Origin: the human T2T-CHM13v2.0 reference genome, Homo sapiens
Assembly (NCBI RefSeq): GCF_009914755.1
Contig: NC_060930.1
Direction: 5' to 3' (one strand)
DNA: 64,000 bases
Shown: positions 1 through 14,600 of the stretch, one piece after another
How positions within the stretch are numbered: position 1 is the first letter of the stretch
Layout of the letters: each line of letters opens with the position of its first letter
Program-made: the position numbers and the translations under genes
The notes under the pieces: generated by a model
Told to the model about the DNA's origin: nothing
Database searches by the model: none
The model's input: only the letters and a program-made list of their open reading frames with translations

Positions 1-144
1 GTGTGATGGATGGGAAAACCATTACAAATCTCTAAGGGAGGAGGCTCAAAGCGGAAGACAAAGAAGATTCTGGGAGCAATGTTTACTGCCTCCTTTTCTA
101 GCCACATCTCACTCCATTAGCAACACCTCACAGGCTCTGCTCTT

Positions 145-493
145 CCGACCTCAGGGTCTTTGCATATGCTGTTCCTTCCACCTAGCATGTTTCTCCCTGC
201 TCTAAAAGCCCCTTTCGCCTCCCTGACTCTCATCCTTCAGAACTAGCTTACAAGGCCTAACTTCCTCAGAGGACCTTCCATGGCCCTCCATTAGCTTCTC
301 TCAACACCCTGCATGTTTTCTCCATAGCACTCATCACATTTTGTAATCATATGTTTGTTGGCATACTTAACCTTTATTGAAATGTGACTCTCCCATGAGA
401 CTAAGCTTTCTGGGAGCAGGGACTGTGTGCATTTTATTCACTGTTGTGCCTGGGACATAATAGGTGTCCAATCAATAATTATGGAATGAATGA
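145..493 (+). mobile_element. L2 LINE 3' end fragment
   Basis: Typical L2 3' sequence (ctttgcatatgctgttcc...agcagggactgtg...tgcctgggacataataggt) ending in an aatgaatgaa tail. Confidence 0.75.
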
Positions 494-770
494 ACAGGGG
501 AGACTGCATTGTAAGGGGAGTGACAGAGAATGGGCCACTGCTCCCCTCACACACCCAAGATGTCAAGCAAAGTATCTCTCTCTGGATCCAGTCTCGGTTA
601 CCAGGGTCTGTCTTTCTCTTTTTGTCTCATAAGCATATAGCCATGTTTTTTCTCTTTCTGTGTCTCCTCTGTCCTTAGCTTCCTGAGAGAGCCTTTTAAA
701 CCAGCAAAGACAATGTCTGAGAGAAAAGGACTTTTGAGGCCCTGTGACACTGGAGTGCCTCCCACCCCCA

Positions 771-797
771 ATCAGAAGGTGGCAGCAGGGGGCAGTG
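771..797 (+). promoter_or_regulatory. Candidate CTCF site (two overlapping motif matches)
   Basis: GGCAGCAGGGGGCAGTG (781-797) matches CCASYAGRKGGCRS with one mismatch; a weaker match, CAGAAGGTGGCAG, overlaps it upstream. Confidence 0.45.
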
Positions 798-2010
798 GCA
801 CCATGGGAGTAACTTAGAACCTGGCTCCTAGATGAAGGAGTTTCTCTCTCTCTCTCTGCAGAGCAACCCAGGGTCAGCAGCAGCCGAAAGCCACAAAAAC
901 TGACTTTAAAAGTCCTCCTAAGAGCTGCATCTTTTGAGTCCCCAAAACAATCACGCCTTGTGCCCCAGGACACGGCGCGAGTTGCACACTTAAAGCAGTT
1001 TCCACAGAACCGCATTCAGTTGGTTTTAAACTCTGGGGAAAGCTGGCAGCCTCTTTGTGGGTTTTTTAAAAAACTAGTTAGAGGGACAATTAAACCTTTA
1101 TGGGCCCCAGAATGTACCTATGCAGACATAAATAAGGATCATTCTTCATCACTGGAGAATCCACTTTCTGGCAACAGATATATTTTTCTGCCATTGCAGG
1201 ACAGAGTTGAGCTCACGTCTGAGAACCTTTATGATTAAATGGGCAGGTGATGGGGGTTAGCATGAGCAGCGTTAGAACTTTGACCCTAAATTTGGCACAG
1301 GCCTTTTCTCAAAATGGATGTATCACAGGCCTTGGGCTTAGATGGTCTTAAATAAATCACATAAACTCCCAAAGCCTTTCCAGAAAGCTGCCAGGATTTT
1401 AGGCCAAGAAAACTCATCTTGCTCTCTCTTTGTGTTACTTCAGGCCAAAATGCTCCATTTGTCAAAGAATCCTGACTCTTTTATTCCCACTCTTAACAAC
1501 ACAATACAATGTATTCATATATTTACAGTGCAGTGCCCTTCAATGGTCCAGATGATTTTTTTAATCCAATAACATCATTAAATGCACCGGGGGCTCTCTT
1601 CTTAAAGAACTTTTGAGTAAACTCTTTTGTTAAGGGAAGCGATCTTTCATAAGGCAAATCATCAGTCTCCAATTTGTTTTCCAAATCTGAGATTTTCTTA
1701 AACCAGGGTCTACTTTAGATGATGGCTTGTGCATTTTCTTTTATTTTTCTGACTTTGGTTAAGACAAGCTTTTCCTGACTAGACATTATTGGGTAGGGAT
1801 GAAGGAACCTCAAACACTTGAGAAATAAATCAGTTTCAGTCATTTGTGTCATCCATAATTCTTTAGAACCACCAGCTTAAAGCAAAGCATAATGATCTCC
1901 TGACAAAGAACCCAGCCGCACAGATTCGAGGGCCAGCCTATTTGAAGTCCATCTCAAAAGAAACGTGGGGGGAGGGTGTTTAGGACATTATTGTAGTTTT
2001 TTTGTGTGTG

Positions 2011-2236
2011 TGGCCAAGTACATGGCATAATATTTATCATTTTAACCATTTGTAAGTGTGTACAATTCAGTGGCATTAAATAAAATAAATTCACAATGGT
2101 ATGTAATCATCACCACTATCTATACCCAAAATTTTTTCATCACCCCCAACAAAAACTCTGTAATCATTAAACAATAATTCCCTGTCCCTTGCTCCCTCCA
2201 GACCCTGGTAACCTCTATTTTATTTTCTGTCTCCAT
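2011..2236 (-). mobile_element. L1MB-type 3' end fragment
   Basis: tttaaccatttgtaagtgtgtacaattcagtggcattaa...ccctggtaacctctattttattttctgtctc resembles the antisense L1MB 3'UTR. Confidence 0.75.
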
Positions 2237-3544
2237 AAAGAGAGAACAGTTTTATACTCCAGTTTTTCTCTGGGACTTTTTTTCTTTCCACAGCGGTGTG
2301 GCGGGGGAATGGGGAAAGTCGTGGCCATCCTTTTTCACCTTGTAAGTCCTTCCCAGTGCCGCCTCTCCACTCCCCTTTCCTTCACCGACAGCGTCTCTAA
2401 GATGAAGCCAGAGCTCATTTGAACGGTTTAAACTTGCAGAGGGGCTACAGTCCCCAGCGGGAACAAAAGGAGGTCACTGGGTCTGAGTCTCTGTTACAAG
2501 CTCAGGAATGGCAGGAATTTTGTGACTTCAATAGTCTGAGGAAGTGGAACGCGACGAGCTAGATGGCTGTTTTGGTGTCTGAAGCCTATGTGGCCCCCTG
2601 TGTAGCACCAATCAGTTGCAGAGTTACTCACCTGAGATCTGTCAGGGCTAACAGAGATGGGATTGCAGTAAGAGGCATAGAGAGCTCCCTTGGGCACCCT
2701 CAAATTCCATGCTGTGGAATTTCTCATTGAAAAACACTGGCTAAGCCACTCACAACCTCTGCAGAATTTACATCTCTTGTACCCATTTGTGGCCAACAGA
2801 GGCACACTCAGAATGACTCATATCCTTCAGTTTGGGTTTGACTTTGCTCATAATGCTTGGAAACTCTCAAAGGAGCTAACCTCCCCCGTCTCCCCCACCC
2901 TCACACAACTCAGGATAAACAAGAGATTCAGCTTATGAAAAATCTGATTTTTGGTTGTTTCAAGAACTACTTGGGCACCCCCAGTCGCCCCTCCCCAACT
3001 TCCAGGACTGTGAGCCTGCTGAGGGGGCCCTTAGGACAACCATGGCAGGGTGATTCAATGGCTCAGAGAAACTGCAAACCATGGGATGGTGGAAGGATAG
3101 TCACCTTGAAGGCAGGAGGCATGGATTTCTTCTGCTTCCCACTTGCTAGTGACCCTGGGCAAGTCACGTCACAGCTCTGGCCTCATTTCCCTTATGTTGA
3201 GTGGAAGTGCCCTGAAACTCTGAGAATTTGGGAGTGAGGGGGTGGGGGAGCAAGGCTTTCTAATGTCTGGAACTCTTAAAACAGGGAACAAAACCTTTTG
3301 TTTCCCATAGGTGCTGACCTTAATGGAAAGAATGGTTGTAAGGAGGAGGAGGAGATTTGGGGAATGAGGAGAGTGGATGGGTGTTTTTAAGGTGTATTTT
3401 AGGATAGATTGAGAATTAAGTTTTGGCTGGATCTTTATGAGGAATTGTTCAGCAGGCATCTGGAAATAAGCACCTGGAGTTAAGAAGAGGGATTGGGACT
3501 GACAACAGGAATAGAGTCAGGAGTCATGGTTGATAAATGAAATG

Positions 3545-3780
3545 GTAATAATACAAGAGACATCTATCAAGTGCTTACCATAATGCTAGGACCTTGGGGA
3601 GCCCTTCACGTAGACATGTTCCTACCATACACACAACAACCCTATGACAAATATGTTGTTTTTACGCCACTTTACAGATGAGGAAAACTTAAATATCCCC
3701 CCAAGGCCATAGAGTGAGTAAGTGGTAAGCCAGGGTCTTGAACCCAGGGAGTCTGACTTCAGAACCCTTAACCTGACTTT
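3545..3780 (-). mobile_element. MIR SINE
   Basis: Core ctttacagatgaggaaa and ggtcttgaacccagggagtctgacttcaga. Confidence 0.75.
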
Positions 3781-3997
3781 TCTATCACCTTCTGAAGCTA
3801 CAGTGCTGGAGAAGCATGGGAGAAAAGAAATACTAGTGAACAGAATCTTGACAAATACCTGTAACAAAGTACTCCTATACTTGATCAACTGCGACCTAAA
3901 ATCAGATTCTGAGAAGATGAAGGGGTGGGTCAGAAACAGAGAACTATCCACTTCTATCTAGTGATGTTGGCAGTTGGGATGACTCTGCACAAGTTAA

Positions 3998-4225
3998 ATA
4001 ATAATGATACCCAAAATATATTGAGCACTCATTATATGCTAGGCACTGTACTAAAAGGACTTCACGTATAGTATCTCATTTAGTTATCTTACAAATCCTA
4101 CATAAAAGCTACTATAGTGCCCATTTAACAGGAGAGGAAACTGAAGCTTCCAGAACTTAAGGGACTTAACCAGCTGGGAAATCTCAGGGCTGGGAACTCA
4201 AAGCCAAGCTGTGTGCTTCCAGAGA
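3998..4225 (-). mobile_element. MIR SINE
   Basis: cccatttaacaggagaggaaactgaagc core; ttgagcactcattatatgctaggcactgt. Confidence 0.7.
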
Positions 4226-4479
4226 CAGCTCAAGATTTGCCTCCCGAAAGCAGCCTTTCCTGACCGCCTCTCATAACAGACATGGAGTGAAACCTCTTGA
4301 CATTCCTGATTTGTTTCGTGTTAAGATACTCCCTGGTTTGCAGTTAACGCCAATATTTGAAGTCAGTACGTCTGGAAGCTGTTAAAGCGTTATCAGCTGT
4401 CTTGAACTACTGTTTAAGTTTATTACGTGCACCTTCGAGTTAATTTAAGACAACTAGAATAAGCAGTAACTAATTTTTG

Positions 4480-4865
4480 GTCCCCCCGAGGCACGCCCAG
4501 CTGATTCCCACCACACCCAGTTCCATGGAGAAGCTTGATTGGTCCACAGGTTCTGTCTCCCTTACAGTGATTGGTTCAAATAAAAGCACGTGACCAAGTC
4601 AGGCCAACGAGGCACAAGGAGAGGTCAGCTGTAGCGGCTTCCGGCAAAGTCCCTCCTCTTTGTACTTCATCAGGAGTTTTTTGGAAAGTGAGGGTCCTTC
4701 CTGCTCCAGACTTTGTCCTGCTGGAGTGGGAGGCCGCCTGACTACCAGCTTCACTAAGCGTGGAGAGGCAGGGAGCCCCTGAAGCCCACCCTCCTGCCCG
4801 AGATTCCCCAGCATCCAACCAGTACATTCTTGTTGAAGCTGGTTTGTTTTGGGATGCTTGCCGCT
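4480..4865 (+). mobile_element. Ancient ERVL-type solo LTR (LTR16/LTR33-like)
   Basis: gtgattggttc...gcacgtgaccaagtcaggccaa resembles the LTR16 motif TGATTGG...CATGTGACC...GGCCAATCAG; typical 3' end ttgttgaagctggtttg. Confidence 0.55.
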
Positions 4866-5228
4866 CCCCACCCGCGCTGAAATGTGGGCACCATGAGGGC
4901 ACGCACCCTGTCCGTCTCCACTGCTGCACCCCTAGCCCTTATACATAGCTGGGCACGGAGAGATACCTTATCATGTAGCTGAATGATGAACGAGTGAAGT
5001 CATGAATGAACCTAATATAAGCTCAGAGCGTGGCGGGGCGGGGCGGTGGGGATAGCTGGAAAACACCTTAAAATAATCTAATCCACATCTCTCTTTTCTA
5101 GTGTATAGTAAGAAAAGAAACAGGAGCTGCGTGTTAGAAAGTAGTTATTCTAACTAGGGCAAACACTCTCTAGTGCCATAATGAGGATCTTTGGTTACTG
5201 TAAGTCAAGCATCCCAGAGGGGCTCTGA

Positions 5229-5659
<431 letters not shown>

Positions 5660-6009
5660 TTTTTTTTTTTTTTTTTTAAGAACATACAATTTTTGTACTA
5701 GTTGATTAATGTTTAATGTTGGCTGTTTTGATGAATAAACTTTAGGAAACACACGGTTATGATTCCAGGGGCCTTTAGCATATAGAGCTCCATCTGCATC
5801 CCACTTTGGACTTAGGGGCGAGACTATGCAAAGCCTTGTTTGCTGGGAATGCACCTCTCTAAACATTCAAAATTGCAGAATGAAAGTTATGAAGCACTGG
5901 CAGACTTCACAACTCCCTTACATTCCATTCCATAGTTTGTCTATGCTTTTTACCAAATATTTTGTTTCCTTTTCTGAATTTCAGACATCCACATTCCACA
6001 GAGAAATAT

Positions 6010-7225
6010 TTTCTTTTAAAATCAACTTTATTGAGGTATAATTTTCATAAATGTGCCAATTTTAAGTGTACATTTTGATGAGTTTTACAAATACATATAT
6101 CCATGCAGCCACCACCACAGTAAAACAGAATATTTCCATCATCCCCAAAGGTTTCCTTGTCCCCGTTTGCAGTCAGTATCTGTCTCCTTATCCCAGGGCC
6201 CAGGCAACCACTGATCTGCCTTACCTGTTCTAAAACTTCATATAAATAGAATTGTACAATATGTAGTTGTATTTGGCAGGTAGAGCTGCCAAAAAATACC
6301 ACAGACTGGGTGGCTTAAGCAATGGAAATTTATTTTTTACAGTTTTAAAGACTGGAAGTCCAAGATGAAGATGTCGGCAGGTTTGGTTTCTTCTGAGGCC
6401 TCTCTCTTTGGCTTGCAGATGGCTGTCTTCTGGCTGTGTCCTCACATGGCCTTTTCTCAGGACACACACATCTTTGGTGTCTCTTCCTCTTTTTATAAGG
6501 ACACTAGTCCTATTGGGTTAGAGCCCCAATTCAATAGGTTCCTATTGGATTTGACTTATTGGCCCTTTGACTTCATTTAACTTTAATTACCTCTTTAAAG
6601 GCCCCATCTCCAAATACAGTCACATTGTAGGAAAGGATTTCAACTTACGAATTTTGCGAGGGACACAATCAGTTCATAACAGTAGTCTTTTGTGTCTGAC
6701 TTCTATGACTCAGCATGTCTATGTGATTTATCCATGCCATGGCATCTATCAGTAGCTTGTTCCTTTTAATTGCTGAGTAGAAGTCTATTGTATGAATATA
6801 TCACCGTTTATCCTTTTATCTGTTGATGGACTTTGGGCTATTTCTAGTTTTTTACTATTATGAATAAAACTCCTGTAAACATCCTAGTATATCTTTTTGT
6901 GGACATATATCTTAGTTTATCTTGGGTAAATATCCAGGAGTAGGATTACTGGATGATATGGTGTTTAATTTTGTAAGAAACTGTCAAACATTTCTCCAAA
7001 GTGGGTGTACCATTTTATATTTCCACCAGCAGTGTATGAAAGTTTCAGTTGTTCTACATCTTTACCAACACTTGGAACTGTCAATTAAAAAAAAAAGTCA
7101 TTCTAGTGAGTGTGTGATGGTTCCTTGTTGTGGTTTTAACTTGCATTTCCCTGATGACCAATTGTTGAGCATTTCTTCATGTACTTATTTATCATCCAGA
7201 TGTCTCATTTGGTGGTGTCTGTGCA
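6010..7225 (-). mobile_element. Old L1M (L1ME/MC-type) 3' fragment interrupted by a MaLR LTR
   Basis: ctttattgaggtataatt...ttccaccagcagtgtatgaaagtt...ttgcatttccctgatgac are antisense L1 3' motifs. Confidence 0.75.
6262..6681 (-). mobile_element. MLT1A-type MaLR solo LTR
   Basis: aaataccacagactgggtggcttaa...ggaagtccaagat...gtcctcacatggcc...ggacacaatcagttcataaca. Confidence 0.85.
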
Positions 7226-7264
7226 AGCCTTTTGCGCTTTTTTTTTTTTTTTAAAAGGACTTTA

Positions 7265-7400
7265 GGCCAGGTGTGGTGGCTCATGCCTGTAATCCCAGCA
7301 CTTTGGGAGGCTCAGACAGGAGGACCACTTGAGCCCAGTAGTTTGAGACCAGCCTGGGCAACATTGCAAGACCTCATCTCTATGAAAAAAATATATTTTT
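7265..7400 (+). mobile_element. Free left Alu monomer (FLAM)
   Basis: Single left arm with TSD taaaaggacttta at 7252 and 7401. Confidence 0.85.
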
Positions 7401-7404
7401 TAAA

Positions 7405-7740
7405 AGGACTTTATTTTTTAAGAGCAGTTTTAGGTTTACAGCAAAACGGAAAGGAAGATACAGATTTCTCATCTACTCCCTGCCCCAACATGTGTAGACC
7501 TCCCCCATTATCAATATCCCCTACGAGTGTGGTGCAGTTGTTGCCATTGATGAACCAACAATGACACATCACAATCACCCAAAGTACATCATTTACATGA
7601 GGGTTCTCTCTTGGTGTTGTACATTCTGTGAGTTTGGACAAATGTATAATGATGTGTATCCATCATTATAGTGTCCTACAGAGTTTTCACTGCCCTAAAA
7701 ATCCTCTGTGCTCTGCCTATTCATCACCCTTCCCCACTCC
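7405..7740 (-). mobile_element. L1MC-type 3' end fragment
   Basis: agagcagttttaggtttacagcaaaa...ctcttggtgttgtacattctgtgagtttggacaaatgtataatg. Confidence 0.75.
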
Positions 7741-7748
7741 ATCTTTAA

Positions 7749-8150
<402 letters not shown>

Positions 8151-9254
8151 TAAGTCACTTCTCTTATTTCTGATATTCTTAATTTGTGTTTTTTCTCTTT
8201 TTTCCTGATCCATGCCTAGAGGTTGATCAATATGATCTTTTCAAAGAACTAGCTTCTGGTGTCATTGAGTTTCTCCATTGTTTTTCAGTATTCTATTTCA
8301 TTAATTTCTGTTTTGATCTTCATTATTTCCTTTCCTCTGCTTACTTGGGTTTCATTTTCTCTTCTTTTTCTCATTTCTTAAGGTAGAGGCTGAAGTTATT
8401 GACTTGAAACCTTTCAAGTGCTGATTTAGTGGCACCCACAAATTTGGATATGTTGGGTTTCCATTTTCATTCCATTCAAAATACATTCTGATCCCTCCTG
8501 CCTTTTTGACTGATAGGTTATTAAGAAGTGCCTTATCTAGTTTCCAAATATTTGGAGATTTTTCTAAGACTCTTTCTATTACTCACTATTTATAACTTAA
8601 TTCCATTGTGGTAAGATAACTTTTTTATTATGACTTGAATCATTTCAAATGTTTGAGACTTGTTTTATGGCCCAGAATATGGCCTATTTTGTTAAATGTT
8701 CCTTGCGCATGTGAAAAGAATGTGCATTCTGCTGTTGTTGGATGGAGTGTTCTATAAGTGTCAACTAGGTCAAGTCGATTGATGGGGTTATTCAAATCCT
8801 CTATACACTTGCTTATTTTCTACCTAATTATCTATCAGTTATTAAGAGGGAGTAGTGAAATCTCTGATTATAATTATGATTTTTCTATTTGTCTTTGCAG
8901 CTCTATCCATTTTTGCTTCATGTATTTTGAAGCTCTGTTATTAGGCGCATAAACTTTTAGAATTTTGATGTATTGACTTATAATTATGAAATGATATTTA
9001 TACTTGATAATATTCTTTGATCTAAAATCTTCATCTGATACTCATATAGCCATCCTATCTTTTGATTAACGTTAGCTTGGCATATCTTTTTCCATCCTCC
9101 TTTTACATTTTAACATATTGTGTCTCTATATTTTGTTTCTTATAAGCATTATATAATGTCTTGCTTTTTAATCCAATCTGACAATCTCTGCCTATTAATT
9201 AGAACATTTAGACCACTTACTTTTGTTTCTCACCTCAAAGAAATATGCGGGTTG

Positions 9255-9520
9255 TTTTGTTTTAATTGTGGTAAAATATATATAACATGAAATTTATCAT
9301 CTTAACCATTTTAAGTATTCAGTACAGTAATGTTAAGTATATTCACATTGTTGTGCAACCAATCTCTAGAACTTTTTCATCTTGCAAAATTGAGACTCTT
9401 TGCCCATTAAATAACAACTCCCCATTTCCCTCCTCTCCAACTCCTGGCAACCACCATTCTACTTTCTGTTTCTATGAGTTTGGCTGCTCTAGATACCTTG
9501 TATAAGTGGAATCCTACAGT
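9255..9520 (-). mobile_element. L1MB-type 3' end nested in older L1
   Basis: aaatttatcatcttaaccattttaagt...cctggcaaccaccattctactttctg; flanking direct repeat tagaccacttactt (9209) / tagaccatttactt (9522). Confidence 0.75.
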
Positions 9521-10034
9521 ATAGACCATTTACTTATAATGTGATTATTGACAGGTTAAGTTTAAGCCTATCAGCTTCTTTTTGTTCTATATTTGTTCCA
9601 TTTCTTTTTTGTTTCTTTCTTTTCTCTTTTTCTCCCTTCTTTTGGATTGATTTTTTTTTATAATTTCACTTTATTTTCTTTGTTGGGTTAATAGCTATAA
9701 TTCTTTGTTTTGTTATTTTAGTGGTTGCTTCAGGGTTTATGGCTTGTATATCTTATCACAGTCTGCCTTCACCATTTTACATATAAGAATTTTAATATAC
9801 TTCCATTTCTCCTCTCCTGACTTTTCTGCTTTCATTATCATACTTTTTACTTATTCATATGTTATAAACCATACATCTTTTTTTATTTAAGCAGTCAATT
9901 ATCATTGAAAGAGATATAGTTTTTTATAAATCTTACATATTTGCCATGTATTTACCTTTATTCCTTTGGGTAGATCCATATTTCAATCTGGTATCATTTT
10001 CCTTCCGCTTTAAGGATTTTCTTTAACATTTCTT

Positions 10035-10328
10035 GTCTGTTTGTTTGAGACAGGGGCTTGCTCTGTCACCCAGGCTGGAGTGCAGTGATGTGATCACGGC
10101 TAACTGCAGCCTTCACCTCTTGGGCTCAGGCAATCTTCCTGCCTCAGCCTCCTGAGTAGCTGGGACTACAGGTATGTGCCACCACACCCAGCTAATTTTT
10201 AAATTTTTTGTAGTGACAGGGTCTAATCTTGTGGCCCAGTCTGGTGTTGAACTCCTGGGCTCAAAAGATCCTTCCATCTCAGCCTTCCAAGGTGTTGGGA
10301 TTGCAGGTGTGAGCTACCGCGTCCAGCC
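10035..10328 (-). mobile_element. AluJ
   Basis: Diverged dimer with J features; TSD taacattt. Confidence 0.9.
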
Positions 10329-11090
10329 TAACATTTTTTATAGTACAGTTTTGCCATTGATGATTTTTTTCAACTTTTGCACATCTAAAAAGGTCTCTAT
10401 TATAGCTTCATTTTTGAAGATACTTCTGCTGATATAGGATTCAGATTGACAGATTTTTTTTTTCTTTCAGCATTTAAAATATCTTGCTGAACTGTTTTCT
10501 CACTTGCCCTGTTTCCAGTGGGAAATCTGCTGCTATCCTTATATTTGTGCCTTTATATGTAATATGTCTTTTTTTCTCTGGCTGCTTCTAAGATTTTCTC
10601 TTTATTATATATATTGAGCGATTTGATTATATGTGCATTGGTGTAATTTTCTTCAGATTTCTTTTGCTGGGGCTCATTGAGCTTCTTGGATTTGTGGGTT
10701 TATAGTTTTCATAAAATGTAGAAAATTTTTGAGCGTTACTTCTTCAAATATTTTTTCTGTACTCCCTGTTTTTCAGGGACTCCAATTACATGTATATGAG
10801 GCTGCTTGAAGTTGTCCTGTAGCTCACTGATGCTCTTTTTATTTTTTAAGCATCTTTTTTCTCTGTATGTTTAATTTGGAATAGCTTCTATTGTTATGTC
10901 TTTCTAATAACTAAAATTTTCCTCTGCTACATCTAGTCTGCTATCAACCTTAGCCAATGTAATTTTCGTCTTACTCATTGTAGTTTTCATGTTACTAATT
11001 GTAGTTTTCATCTCAAAAGTTCATTTTGCATCGTTTAAATATTATGCATGTTTTTGAACATATGGAATATAGCCATAATAACTGTTTTAA

Positions 11091-11455
<365 letters not shown>

Positions 11456-11687
11456 AGTTCTGGGTCAATTTTAATTGATTGATCTTTCTTCTCATTATAG
11501 GTTATATTTTGCATGCCTGGTATTCTTTCATTAGATGCCTAATGTGAATTTTACCCGTTAAGTACAGGATATTTTGGTATTTCTATAATATTCTTGAGCT
11601 TTGTTATAGGATTGTTATAGGATTCGATTAGGTTACTTGGCAACAGTTTGATTCTTTTGGTCTTTCTTTTAAGAGTTACTAGGTGGG

Positions 11688-12279
<592 letters not shown>

Positions 12280-13103
12280 GCGTTATTAGGTGGGACCAAA
12301 GCAGTGTTTTGTGTTGGGGTAATTATTCCTCAATACCAAGGCAGTACCCTTTTGAGTAATTTACCCATGCCTCATGAATTATGAAGTTTTCCAGTCTGGC
12401 TGGTGGAAACACTCTTCCCACCTCTGTGTGAACACATAACATTGCTCTCTCGTCCTCTTAGAAGGTTCTCTCCCTAGCCTTGGGTAGTTTTCTCACCCTA
12501 TGGGTCAATAATGCCAGATACTTGTGGGAGACCCTCTACACATCTCCAGGCCTCTGTGTAGCTCTCTCCTGTCTGGTATTCTGTCCTGAAAACTCTAGCT
12601 ACCTTGGTATCCTTTTAGCTCTGTCTCTTCAACTCAGAATTGGCTGAGACGTGCCTGGTTTTCTCTCCCTCTACCACAGCCTGGAAGCCTTCATAAAGCA
12701 GTAAGCTGTAGGGCAGTTGTGGGGCTTACCTTGTTTTTCCATCTCTCAGTAAATGTCCTTTCTTGCCTGAAACAGTCTTGAAAACCAACTTACCTTCTTT
12801 CCTTCCTTCCCCCTTTCTTCCCATTCCCTCCCTCTCTTATCTCTCTCATTCTTTCCTTATCTCCCTCCCTCACTTCCTCCTTTCTTCCATCCTTCTTTGT
12901 TTCATTTCAGGAAGGAGAGGAAATCCAGTCACTGTTGCTCCATCTTGGCTGGGAGCAAAATTCCTTTCTGTTCAAATTCTTTCTTATCCTTTGTTACAAC
13001 TGTAATAGTGCTGGGCACATGGTTGGTTCATTGATTGAATGCTGCTTGAGTGCATTCATCTTTTAAGTAATAATATCCAAGTAAAAATTTGTTTAGCAAT
13101 TCA

Positions 13104-13782
<679 letters not shown>

Positions 13783-14334
13783 TAATAACATCTCTATCTG
13801 ATGTTCCTCTTTCCATTTTATAAATTGAAGCTCTAGTTCTAATAGATTCATGTCCCTTCTGGTTTCTTTACAGTGTGCACTGCTGGCCCTCACTTTGTAA
13901 CATTTTTTGTCAGATGAAGTTAACACAAATCAATATTTCTTCTTCTACAAGAGAGGCTGACATTCTGATTTGGAAATCTTCATTGAAGAAATTTGGCTTA
14001 TACTCTTGGAAACTTCTGGCTTGCATAACACTTTGACTTCTAGCTTAATTCTTGTGGAATCTTGGGGTTCAGGCCCTTCTCCTCAAGTTCTTTCTGTGGC
14101 CCAGCCAAATCTTGTGCATCCTTCCAGCCCAGCGCAAGCCTTCCTTCCTCTGTGAGGCCTACGGCCACAGTGATCTTGTCCTTCTACCTGCTCCTTGGAA
14201 CTTCATTGTCTTTTCCACTCACTTGGTGCCTAATTGACCGTCCTGCCTTGTCCTACCCTTTGTGTTTAGTCAGAGCATCTGTTTCAACCAGCTTGCAACC
14301 ACCTTCAGACAGGAGGCCCACAGTGCCTAAAACA

Positions 14335-14600
14335 GAAATAATAATAATAATAGTAATAACTAGCATTTATTGAGTATTTACCATGTGCCAGGCCCTATTC
14401 TAAGAGCTTGCTATGGATGACTTCAGTTAACCTTCACCCCATTCAAAGGGGTTAGTGCTGTTACAATCCCACTTTCCAGATAAGGGAGCAGAAGACCAAG
14501 GGAGCTGGGTCACTTGCCCAGGGTACCTAGCAGAGCCAGGATTTAAACTCAAGCACTCTGAGACCAGAGCCTGAGCCACCCTCAACCCCTACACTCTGCC
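14335..14600 (-). mobile_element. MIR SINE
   Basis: tagcatttattgagtatttaccatgtgccagg...cacttgcccagggt...gagccaggatttaaactc. Confidence 0.75.

Noticed and set aside
10971-11011. Short tandem duplications (21 bp here; also near 11601, 41214 and 49280)
   Set aside because: Ordinary slippage events with no sign of function
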